DNA of 64,000 bases from the NCBI GenBank assembly GCA_012730105.1, contig JAAYBJ010000003.1, positions 98,859 through 162,858 on the forward strand, read 5' to 3'. Below are positions 10,310 through 19,436 of the stretch, in pieces. The first letter of the stretch is position 1; every line of letters begins with the position of its first letter. Made by a program: the position numbers and the translations under genes. The stretch comes from Candidatus Hydrogenedentota bacterium (GTDB lineage: Bacteria > Hydrogenedentota > Hydrogenedentia > Hydrogenedentales > CAITNO01). Below the pieces are notes generated by a model that did not search any database, was not told the DNA's origin, and saw only the letters and a program-made list of their open reading frames with translations.

Positions 10310-10804
10310 ATGGACCGTATCATTAACATATGCGCTTCCGGCATCCTGGTCTGCATCCTTGCGGCCATTGCCTTGAACCAGATAAACGACCCCTATGATT
10401 CCCGGCGCAAAGCCCTGGAACAACGCATCGCCGAATCGGGGCCCATCGAAGAAAGTGAAGACTCCTTTGAATGGCAGTTTGATGAGTGGAACAATTCCAT
10501 TTTAGGGAAAACATCGGTGTGGCAGGAACTGATTCCGCCGCCGCCACCACCACCGCCGCCGCCGCCGCCGCCACCCAAACGTCCGGACGTCGCAGGGATG
10601 CTGGCCGATGTGAAAGCTACGCGCCAAAAGGTGGGCGACAAGATTAAATTTATTGTACCATCCAACCCGCGCGGCGAGTTTAAAAGCGTGGGCGAAAGCA
10701 TTAACGGCGTTGAGATCAAGTCCGTAACACGCACGGAAGTCGTTTTTAACTACTATTGGGCGGAGAACAAAGAAAATATCAGCTATACCATGCCAAGGGA
10801 GTAA
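10310..10804 (+). CDS. GspC/PilP-like protein (TM, polyproline linker, HR-like beta domain)
   Basis: N-terminal TM, 14 consecutive Pro, VGESINGVEIKSV...V.F motif; directly upstream of the secretin. Confidence 0.6.
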   Translation: MDRIINICASGILVCILAAIALNQINDPYDSRRKALEQRIAESGPIEESEDSFEWQFDEWNNSILGKTSVWQELIPPPPPPPPPPPPPPKRPDVAGMLADVKATRQKVGDKIKFIVPSNPRGEFKSVGESINGVEIKSVTRTEVVFNYYWAENKENISYTMPRE

Positions 10805-10948
10805 TACCCGCCCATATCATGCGTCACTAGCGTCTTTTGTTGTATACTAGCATCCGTTGCGGCATATGGGCCGCCCTTCTTGGGAATCGGGGCGGGAATA
10901 ACCCATCGTAAACATGTTTATTTTCAAGCCCTTAGTGAAAGGCGAAAC

Positions 10949-13834
10949 ATGAGTCTGTTTTTGAAGCGGCCGGTAAACGCCGTACTTATTACCATTATCG
11001 CATCGGTTGCGGCGTTGTCCGCCGTGGCCCAGGGCCAAACCCCCACCTCTCCGCAGCAAAGCCCCGCCTCTAGTGGCCGCCGCACGCGTCCCGCCCCTTC
11101 TTCCGGGATTCCGTGGGATAGTGAAGACAGCGCTGGTTCAAGCCGAATAGACCGTTCCCGCTCCTCGGACGAAAATCGTGAACAATCGGACACTTCCCAA
11201 CGCATAGACCGGAGTTCGAGCTCCCGGTCCGACAGCGGGGCAAAGCCCAAAGAAAGCAGCCCGGCGGAAAAAGCGGCGGCGGATACCGGTCCCGGTAAAG
11301 AACCGCCCAAAGCACGGGACGGTGCTTCGGGGCCAAGAACCATCGGCGGCGGCCGTACAACCGGCGCACCCGGCGCCCCCACCGCGGCGGGAATACCGGG
11401 CGCCACAGGCACCCCGCCGCTTGGCAGGCCGGGCGCGGCCACCGGGTTAGGCGTTGCGGGCGCGGCAGGCGCGGGCGCGGCCGGCGCAGGATACAGCCAG
11501 GGCGGCCTGACCTCCGTTTCCATGACCGGCGAAGGCGCGTTTGAACCCGTACTGCAACGGGAACCTGAATATAAGGAGGTGCCTGAAGCGGGCGAGAAAA
11601 TCACCCTCGAAGGCCCCATGCCCCTGGAAGAATTCCTCGCCGCCATCAACTTGGCCACCAATTGGAACGTCATGGTATCTCCCGAACTACAGGAAGTCGA
11701 ACTGCGCTTCTGGATTTACGATGTCACCCCGAAACAGGCTCTTGAAGTCCTGAAATTCAACAAGGTCTATTATGAATTTGACGAGGAAACCAAGTTTCTG
11801 CGCGTAATGAACAAAGAAGAGTACCTCATGGAAGAATATGGCAAGGCCAAACCCCATGAGTTTAAAATCGTAAATGCCGATGTAACGTACATGGAATCGC
11901 TGATCAATTCTTTGCTTTCTTCGTCCGGCCGTGTCATCACAGACCAGCGCACCAACAATATTTATGTATGGGACACGGAAGACAACATCAAAGAAATGAC
12001 CCGCCTGGTCGAGGAAATGGATGTTCCTCTTCAGAAGGAAGAATTCATGATCAGGCATGCTGAGGTGGCTGATATTGAAGCCATGCTGGCCACATTCATG
12101 TCCGCCAGCGGCAGCGTGCTCTCGGATGTCCGTACCGGGCAGATATTCGTATGGGATTCCCCCGCCATTTTGGACAAGATGCGTGAGGCTGTCGGACGTC
12201 TTGATCAGCCTGTGGAATCTCGCACCTTCTATATCACCCATGTCAGTGCTGAAGACGTTGTCGGCAGCATTGAAGCCATGTTGACCGAACGCGGCACGAT
12301 TCAGGTCGATCCGCGATACAACACCGTGGTGGTTACGGACTTGCCCACGCGCATCGAAAACATAGCCAAAGTCGTGGAGACCCTCGACCAGCCGCTGGAC
12401 ACGCGCACCTGGGTGCTGAAATATGCCGACGTGGATTTCGTTGCCGATCAGATCGAAGCGTACATCCCCGGTGAGATGGGCCAGATCGTGGTGCAGGAAG
12501 AGGTACACCAGGTCACGGTGACCGGGTTACCGGCACGCCTGGATGAAATCGACGAACTCATCGCGGAATGGGATATCAAGCGCCGTCAGGTCTTGATCGA
12601 AGCCCACATCGTCGAGGTGAGCACCGATGTCGAACGGGCCTTCAATGTCAACTGGTCCGCTTTCTCCAACGTGGGCGGTTCTCCCTTTGCCATCCATGGC
12701 GGATCGGGCGCCGGGACCCCGGCCGAAGCCTCCGGCAGCGGCCAGGTGGCCAGCGCCGGCGGCCTGCCCTACGCCGTGCCGCGCTACGGGGCGTTGCAGC
12801 TGGATGAAACCGGCGCTATTACGCGTCCCCTGCTGAAGGACATCGACGGGCAGACCATCATTGACCGTTATGTGGGCAGGAATATCGCCGTCACGCTGGA
12901 CTATTTGGACCGTCAGGAAAAGGCGACCGTGTTGTCCTCGCCGCGTGTGACCGTGCAGGACGGCGAAGAAGCCATTTTCGAAAACGCCACCAAGGTGCCT
13001 TATGTGTCCTCGACCGGCGGTTACGGCGGCTATTATGGCGGCTATTACGGCAACAATAATGACACCAACGCTTATAATCGTTACTCGGCCGGCACGAGCC
13101 GCGTCGAGTTCATCGACGTGGGCACCATTCTTTCCGTGCTGCCCCGGGTTACCGAGGACGACAACATCCTGCTGGACATCAGCGCGGAAGACAGCACCTA
13201 TACGGACAAGAATGTTATCGTGGATGACCTTACCCGTTCTGTGCCCGAGAAAACCGTGCGGCAGGCGGACACCCAGGTGCGCGTAAACTCCGGGGACACC
13301 ATTGTGCTCGGTGGACTGCGCCGCGACCGCGCCGGTCATTCCACCTCAAGAACGCCCATCCTGGGCGACATCCCGCTGATCGGCAAATTGTTCAACAATC
13401 CAAAGCGCACTTCCAAGAACGCCGCGCTGTTGATTTTCATCACCACCACCATCGTGGATGAGAACACCATGCCCGAAGCCGCGCAGGTCGCCCAGGCGGA
13501 CCAGGAGATAGCCGATGCCCATCGCCGCATGAAAAAAGGACCTCTCGGCCGTCTGAAAAACACCATTAACGACAACAAAGATGAAATCGGGGTTTCCATC
13601 GGACAGAGCGGAAGCCTGCATTGTGCCGGTGAAATTGTAACCGTGGATGATTTGAGGGAACGCTTCTTTGATGCTGAAGACAAGAAGCGGGTTACCGTGG
13701 TCATCCGCAAACATCCAAGTGCCCCCATAGACACGGTCAACGCGGTCACCGAAGCCGCCATGGAAGCCGGATTGCGCATCGAATTTGACTCCGATATTCC
13801 ACCCATCGTACCGGCCTTGGAATTGACCCCGTAA
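10949..13834 (+). CDS. gspD: Secretin GspD with four KH-like N-repeats and a C-terminal ExbD-like domain
   Basis: QVLIEAHIVEV, VLSSPRVTVQDGEEA, VGTILSVLPRV, TIVLGGL, PILGDIPLIGKLF, LLIFIT. Confidence 0.92.
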   Translation: MSLFLKRPVNAVLITIIASVAALSAVAQGQTPTSPQQSPASSGRRTRPAPSSGIPWDSEDSAGSSRIDRSRSSDENREQSDTSQRIDRSSSSRSDSGAKPKESSPAEKAAADTGPGKEPPKARDGASGPRTIGGGRTTGAPGAPTAAGIPGATGTPPLGRPGAATGLGVAGAAGAGAAGAGYSQGGLTSVSMTGEGAFEPVLQREPEYKEVPEAGEKITLEGPMPLEEFLAAINLATNWNVMVSPELQEVELRFWIYDVTPKQALEVLKFNKVYYEFDEETKFLRVMNKEEYLMEEYGKAKPHEFKIVNADVTYMESLINSLLSSSGRVITDQRTNNIYVWDTEDNIKEMTRLVEEMDVPLQKEEFMIRHAEVADIEAMLATFMSASGSVLSDVRTGQIFVWDSPAILDKMREAVGRLDQPVESRTFYITHVSAEDVVGSIEAMLTERGTIQVDPRYNTVVVTDLPTRIENIAKVVETLDQPLDTRTWVLKYADVDFVADQIEAYIPGEMGQIVVQEEVHQVTVTGLPARLDEIDELIAEWDIKRRQVLIEAHIVEVSTDVERAFNVNWSAFSNVGGSPFAIHGGSGAGTPAEASGSGQVASAGGLPYAVPRYGALQLDETGAITRPLLKDIDGQTIIDRYVGRNIAVTLDYLDRQEKATVLSSPRVTVQDGEEAIFENATKVPYVSSTGGYGGYYGGYYGNNNDTNAYNRYSAGTSRVEFIDVGTILSVLPRVTEDDNILLDISAEDSTYTDKNVIVDDLTRSVPEKTVRQADTQVRVNSGDTIVLGGLRRDRAGHSTSRTPILGDIPLIGKLFNNPKRTSKNAALLIFITTTIVDENTMPEAAQVAQADQEIADAHRRMKKGPLGRLKNTINDNKDEIGVSIGQSGSLHCAGEIVTVDDLRERFFDAEDKKRVTVVIRKHPSAPIDTVNAVTEAAMEAGLRIEFDSDIPPIVPALELTP

Positions 13835-14179
13835 GACTCAAATGAACCTGACGGAAATCCTGCAAAACGCGCGGGACAAGGCACCGGAAAACGCGTGATC
13901 TTGAAAGTTCGCGGGAATATAGGAGTGCGTGTTTCTTTGCGCGCAATCTAAACCCAAAACGTTTCAGCGTTTCGGTTGGGGCAGGTTAATGGTACCAAGC
14001 GTCCGGATGAATGAACTGGAAATTCCGGTGTTAAAAATGTTATGTTAGGTGCAAGGTGATTATACGCCTTGTTTCCCCCTCACGACCGATCAGGTCTTGT
14101 TTTCAGTCCACACCCGAGAAAACGGGTGTTTTACCAAGTGGATTCGCCCCAAGGCATCCGCAAAAGGTGTTTACTAATC

Positions 14180-16279
14180 ATGCTTGATGGATTGTTGTAC
14201 CCCAAATCGTTGGCGGTAATCGGCGCTTCCCGCGTACCTGGAAAAGTAGGCTATTCGATACTTTCCAATATCATCTCCGCCGGTTACCAAGGCAAAATAT
14301 TTCCCGTAAATCCGACGGCGGACGAGATGCTGGGTCTACCCTGCTATCACGATGTGCGCGAAACGAACCAGGAAGTGGATCATTGCATCATCGTGGTTCC
14401 GCCCAAGGCCGTCATGGCCGCCCTGGAAGGCGCGGCCGCGGTCAAGGCGAAAGCGTGCACCGTGATCACGGCGGGCTTCAAGGAAGTAGGCAAGGAAGGC
14501 GCGGCCAAAGAAAAGGAAATGCTGGAATACTGCCGCAAGCATCATATCCGTCTGCTGGGTCCAAACTGCCTGGGTCTGATCAACACCGAAAACCACATGA
14601 ACGCCTCCTTTGCGGCGCAGATGCCCAAGCCGGGCGGTATTTCGGTGATTTCCCAGTCGGGCGCACTGTGTACGGCGATCCTGGACTGGGCGGAAGGCCG
14701 TGGCATCGGCCTTGCCAAATTGATCAGCATCGGCAACAAGGCGGATATTTCAGAGACAGACTTGCTGCAGACCCTTGCGGAGGATGCCCAGACCAAGGTG
14801 ATCGCTGCGTACCTGGAAAGCATTAACGACGGCCCGGAGTTTATCCGGGTCGCTGAGGAAGTGTCCAAGTACAAGCCGGTGGTCATCCTGAAAGCGGGCA
14901 CCACACAGGCGGGCGGCAAAGCCGCCTCTTCCCATACGGGCAGCCTGGCAGGCGCGGATATTGCCTACGGGGCAGCCTTCAAGCGGGCGGGCATTATCCG
15001 GGCGGAAGACTTTGAATCTCTTTTTGACTCCGCAACCGCCCTGGCCATGCAGCCGCTCCCCAAGGGGAATCATATCGCCGTGATTACGAACGCCGGCGGC
15101 CCCGGTATTATGGCGGCCGACGCGGTTGAAAACCTGGACATGAACCTCGATCCGATCACCTCCGAAATTGCCGAGGCGATCAAGGCGCAGTTGCCCGCCG
15201 CGGCGAGCGTCGCGAATCCCATTGACGTTCTGGGCGACGCGGACCCCGCCCGCTACTCCATGGCCCTCAAGGCGGTGATGGATGACCCGAAAGTACATGG
15301 CATCGTGGTGATTATGACTCCGCAGGCGATGTCAAATCCCAACGGCACCGCCGAGGCGATCATAGCCGAAGCCCAAGGCGGAATTAAGCCAGTATTGACC
15401 TGTTTCATGGGCGGTTCGCAGGTCATAAGCGCGCGCAAGGCCTTTGTGGAGGCCAATGTGCCCGAGTACCCGTCCCCGGAACGCGCCGTTAACGCGCTTA
15501 AGGACATGGTTGATTATGCCGCGTGGCTTAACAGGCCGCCGCGCATCGTCACCCGCTTCCCCGTAAACCGGCATCGAGTCGAACGCGTTCTTGCGCGGCA
15601 GGCGCGGTCCGGGAGGCCCGAAATGGGCGAAGTGGAGGCCAAGGAAATCCTGCTGGCCTACGATTTCAGAGTGCTGCCCGGCCAGCTGGCCCGCACTAGC
15701 GAGGAGGCCGTTTTCATAGCAGAACGGGTCGGCTATCCGGTCGCCATGAAAATCGTGTCCCCTGACATTCTTCACAAGTCGGATATGGGCGGAGTAAAGT
15801 TGAACCTTTCAAAGCCTTCCGAGGTACTTGACGCTTTTGACCTGATGATGCTGCGCATTGGCCGCGCTGCACAGGAAGCGCTTCTGCGAGGCGTTTATGT
15901 TGAGCAGATGAGCAAGCCCGGCCGCGAGGTCATCCTGGGCATGCACCGTGACCCGCAGTTCGGCCCCATGCTGATGTTCGGTCTTGGCGGTATCTTTGTT
16001 GAAGTTATGAAGGACGTCAGTTTTTACTTGGCGCCACTGACCCACGAAGAAGCCTTGCAGATGCTTTCAAGCACACGGTCCTACGCTCTGCTACGCGGTG
16101 CGCGGGGCCAGGCCGGGGTGGACTTGGACTCCATTGCCGGCGCCTTGCAGCGCATCAGCCAGCTGGTGACGGATTTCCCCCAGATTGAAGAAATGGATAT
16201 TAACCCCTTTATCGTTGGCGAAGTCGGAACCGAGCCGGTTGTGGCCGACGCCCGCATGATTCTTTCCGGAGTAAAATAA
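14180..16279 (+). CDS. ADP-forming acetate/acyl-CoA ligase (fused alpha/beta subunits)
   Basis: PKSLAVIGAS, LGPNCLG, SQSGAL, ASSHTGSLAG (phospho-His), ILHKSDMGGV, DPQFGP ATP-grasp. Confidence 0.9.
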   Translation: MLDGLLYPKSLAVIGASRVPGKVGYSILSNIISAGYQGKIFPVNPTADEMLGLPCYHDVRETNQEVDHCIIVVPPKAVMAALEGAAAVKAKACTVITAGFKEVGKEGAAKEKEMLEYCRKHHIRLLGPNCLGLINTENHMNASFAAQMPKPGGISVISQSGALCTAILDWAEGRGIGLAKLISIGNKADISETDLLQTLAEDAQTKVIAAYLESINDGPEFIRVAEEVSKYKPVVILKAGTTQAGGKAASSHTGSLAGADIAYGAAFKRAGIIRAEDFESLFDSATALAMQPLPKGNHIAVITNAGGPGIMAADAVENLDMNLDPITSEIAEAIKAQLPAAASVANPIDVLGDADPARYSMALKAVMDDPKVHGIVVIMTPQAMSNPNGTAEAIIAEAQGGIKPVLTCFMGGSQVISARKAFVEANVPEYPSPERAVNALKDMVDYAAWLNRPPRIVTRFPVNRHRVERVLARQARSGRPEMGEVEAKEILLAYDFRVLPGQLARTSEEAVFIAERVGYPVAMKIVSPDILHKSDMGGVKLNLSKPSEVLDAFDLMMLRIGRAAQEALLRGVYVEQMSKPGREVILGMHRDPQFGPMLMFGLGGIFVEVMKDVSFYLAPLTHEEALQMLSSTRSYALLRGARGQAGVDLDSIAGALQRISQLVTDFPQIEEMDINPFIVGEVGTEPVVADARMILSGVK

Positions 16280-16280
16280 G

Positions 16281-18152
16281 ATGTCTGAAAAAAAACTTAG
16301 CTATAATCCCAATTGGCAGCAGGAATACTCGGAGATGGTGGTTACCGCGGCCCAGGCGGTTTCCCACATCATTCCGGGCGAACGTGTGTTTCTAGGTACG
16401 GGTTGCGCCACCCCCCTTGAACTGGTAAAAGCGCTTGTGGCACGGTCCAAAGAGCTTACCGATATCGAAATCGTCCAGTTGCTTACCCGGGGCGACGCCC
16501 CCTACGCCACGAAAGAACTCGCGAACTGTTTTCCGGTAAACAGTTTTTTTATTTCGCACAATGTGCGTCAGATCATCCAGGAAGGTTTCGGGGATTACAC
16601 GCCTGTTTTCCTGTCTGATATCCCGCGCCTGTTCAAGTCAGGCCGGCTGCCCCTTGACGTGGCGATGATCCACATCACCCCCCCCGATGAGAACGGCATG
16701 TGCAGCCTGGGCGTGTCCGTGGACATCGTCAAAAGCGCGGCCGAAAACGCGCACATGGTGATCGCGCAAGTCAATCCGCAGATGCCGCGCACGCTCGGCA
16801 ATTCCATGATCCATGTGTATGACATTGACTACCTGGTTCCCGTGGATGTTCCCATTCTGGAGAATGAAATCCCGGGGTCCCGTCCGGGCACGAAGGAAAT
16901 CGGCGAGACGCTCGCCGGCCTTATTGAAGACGGCTCGACGGTCCAACTGGGCATCGGCCGCGTTCCCCAGGCGGTGGCGCCGTTTCTGAAGGACAAGAAG
17001 GATTTGGGCATCCACAGCGAAATGCTCACGGATTCCATTATCGATCTCATTGAAGCGGGTGTTATCACCGGCAAAAAGAAATCGCTGGACCGGGGAAAGA
17101 TTGTGGCCAGTTTTGTCATGGGTTCCAAAAGGCTTTATGACTACGTGGACAATAACCCCGCGTTTTCATTCAATCCCACAGAATATGTCAACGACCCGTT
17201 TACGATATCGCGCCAAAACAAGATGGTGGCCATTAACGTGGCCATCGAAGTGGATTTGACCGGGCAGGTGTGCGCGGACTCCATCGGCAATCAGTTCTAC
17301 TCCGGAATCGGTGGCCAGGTGGACTTTACCCGCGGCGCGGCCGGGTCAGAAGACGGGAAAGCGATTATCGCACTGTACAGCACCACCGCAGACGGCAAGT
17401 CCCGCATCGTCAGTTCGCTGACGACCGGCGCCGGCGTGGTCACTACGCGAGGCGACGTGCACTATATCGTTACCGAATACGGGGTTGCCTATCTTCACGG
17501 CAAGAGTATCCAGGAACGCGCCCTTGCCCTGATCAGCATCGCCCACCCGGACTACCGGGAAGAACTCCTCAAGAATGCCATCGCGCTGCGGTATGTCCGC
17601 GCGGAAATGTCCGAATACAGTGGAAAGATCGCGGTGGGCCCGAAGGAAATGCGCACGGTCATGCTCATGCACGACGGCACGCAATTGACAGTGAGGCCCA
17701 TTCACCCGACGGACGAGCCCAACATGCGGGACCTGTTCCATTCCCTGTCGCAGCAATCCATCTACACCCGCTTCATGTCCCGTATGAAATGGGTGCCCCG
17801 CAAACAGGTGCAGCAGTTCGTGTATATCGATCACCGCACGGAAGTGTCCATCGTGGCGACCATACCGGAATCCAACGGCGACACGATCGTAGCCTTGGGC
17901 GGTTATTACCTGGATACGCGCACCAACCGCGCAGAAGTGGCCTTCGTTGTTTCGGACGCATACCAAAACCGCCGTATTGGCTCGTTTCTGTTCAAACACT
18001 TGTGCAAGATTGCCAAGAGCAACGGCATTGCCGGCTTCACGGCCGAGGTACTGGACGAGAACAAAGCCATGCAGACCCTGTTCAACCACTCCGGGTTGAG
18101 CATTACCAGCAATCTGCGCGAAGGCGTTTATCACTATGAAATGATGTTTTAA
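16281..18152 (+). CDS. Acetyl-CoA hydrolase/CoA-transferase with C-terminal GNAT domain
   Basis: QLGIG, GIHSEM, SGIGGQVDF, VTEYGVA, IAHPDYR, then AEVAFVVSDAYQNRRIG GNAT motif. Confidence 0.9.
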   Translation: MSEKKLSYNPNWQQEYSEMVVTAAQAVSHIIPGERVFLGTGCATPLELVKALVARSKELTDIEIVQLLTRGDAPYATKELANCFPVNSFFISHNVRQIIQEGFGDYTPVFLSDIPRLFKSGRLPLDVAMIHITPPDENGMCSLGVSVDIVKSAAENAHMVIAQVNPQMPRTLGNSMIHVYDIDYLVPVDVPILENEIPGSRPGTKEIGETLAGLIEDGSTVQLGIGRVPQAVAPFLKDKKDLGIHSEMLTDSIIDLIEAGVITGKKKSLDRGKIVASFVMGSKRLYDYVDNNPAFSFNPTEYVNDPFTISRQNKMVAINVAIEVDLTGQVCADSIGNQFYSGIGGQVDFTRGAAGSEDGKAIIALYSTTADGKSRIVSSLTTGAGVVTTRGDVHYIVTEYGVAYLHGKSIQERALALISIAHPDYREELLKNAIALRYVRAEMSEYSGKIAVGPKEMRTVMLMHDGTQLTVRPIHPTDEPNMRDLFHSLSQQSIYTRFMSRMKWVPRKQVQQFVYIDHRTEVSIVATIPESNGDTIVALGGYYLDTRTNRAEVAFVVSDAYQNRRIGSFLFKHLCKIAKSNGIAGFTAEVLDENKAMQTLFNHSGLSITSNLREGVYHYEMMF

Positions 18153-18183
18153 AGATCCGCTTCGCCGGAGGATGCCGTTATAC

Positions 18184-18211
18184 ACCCGCGGGGGCTCCTC
18201 GCGGGTTTTTT
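18184..18211 (+). terminator. Intrinsic terminator
   Basis: ACCCGCGGGG/CCTCGCGGGT stem followed by a T run. Confidence 0.8.
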
Positions 18212-18269
18212 ATTGTCCTGACAGTATCCAAAGTTTCTTTAGTCCTGTCCAGGCTGTTAAAATGAATAT

Positions 18270-19394
18270 ATGCCGGGTAACTCTTTGAAAGTCGTGCACG
18301 TTTACAAGGACTTCGACCCGCCGGTACACGGGGGTATGGAGCGTCATATCGCGCTGCTCTGCCGGTATCAGAAACAATGGTGCGAGGTGGAGGCCTTGGT
18401 ATGCTCCCGGGGATGCATGACCCGACGCGTCGAACACGAGGGCATCCCCATAACCGCCGTAGGCGAATGGGGCCGGTTTCAGAGCGCACCCGTGGCTCCC
18501 CTGTTTCCGTTGCATATGCGGCGCCTTCACGCCGATGTGATGGTGGTTCACTGTCCGAATCCCACGGCCGAGCTGGGATGGCTGATATCCCGCCCGAAAA
18601 ACGTCCTGGTGGTGCGCTATCAAAGCGATGTGGTCCGCCAGGCGGCGGCCATGCGTTTTTATGCCCCCTTCCTTATGCGATTTCTCGACAAAGCTGATAT
18701 GATCCTGGCTACGTCACCCCAGTACCTGGCGTCATCGGCGATGTTGCGACGCTTTTCCGACAAGTGCCGGATTGTGCCGCTGGGCATTCCGGCGGAAGAG
18801 TATGCCGTGCCGGACGAGGCGCTGGTAACCGCGCTTCGCGAGCGTTATGGAAGTCCGTACGTGTTTTTTTGCGGTGTGCACCGTTATTATAAAGGCCTGC
18901 CCTGGCTGGTGCGCGCCGCTGCGAAGATACGTGCGCGGGTCGTAATCGCGGGCGACGGTCCGGAACGCGAATCGGTAATGGCCCTTGCTGGAGAACTCGG
19001 CGTCGACATCGCCTTTCCCGGGCGGTTGAGTCACGCGGAACTGGTTGCCCATCTCTACGGATGCGCCGTAACCGCGTTCCCCTCGTGTGAGCGGAGCGAA
19101 GCGTTCGGCCTGTCCGTTCTTGAAGCGCACGCGTGCGGCCGCCCCGTGGTGGCCACACGGCTGGGTACGGGTGTGGAGTATGTCAATGAAGACGGCAAAA
19201 CGGGCCTGAACGTGCCGCCCAAGAACGCCGAAGCGCTCGCCGCCGCGATAAACGAGCTGCTTGAAAATGAGCCGGCGCGCAACGTGATGGGCGCCTATGC
19301 GCGTGAACGCGTAAAAACAACGTTCAACGCCGAAACGCTGGCGCGAACCGAATTTGAGTTATACGAACAGGTGCTGGCCGCCCGCCGTTCCTGA
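18270..19394 (+). CDS. Glycosyltransferase family 4
   Basis: GGMERH, YYKGL, SEAFGLSVLEAHACGRPVV (EX7E). Confidence 0.9.
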   Translation: MPGNSLKVVHVYKDFDPPVHGGMERHIALLCRYQKQWCEVEALVCSRGCMTRRVEHEGIPITAVGEWGRFQSAPVAPLFPLHMRRLHADVMVVHCPNPTAELGWLISRPKNVLVVRYQSDVVRQAAAMRFYAPFLMRFLDKADMILATSPQYLASSAMLRRFSDKCRIVPLGIPAEEYAVPDEALVTALRERYGSPYVFFCGVHRYYKGLPWLVRAAAKIRARVVIAGDGPERESVMALAGELGVDIAFPGRLSHAELVAHLYGCAVTAFPSCERSEAFGLSVLEAHACGRPVVATRLGTGVEYVNEDGKTGLNVPPKNAEALAAAINELLENEPARNVMGAYARERVKTTFNAETLARTEFELYEQVLAARRS

Positions 19395-19436
19395 AGGCGT
19401 GCCTGCGAAACTGGAAGGACCTCACGGGTAACAGTA

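Noticed and set aside
14180-16279. Pat/PatZ protein acetyltransferase
   Set aside because: No fused GNAT, and the catalytic histidines are retained
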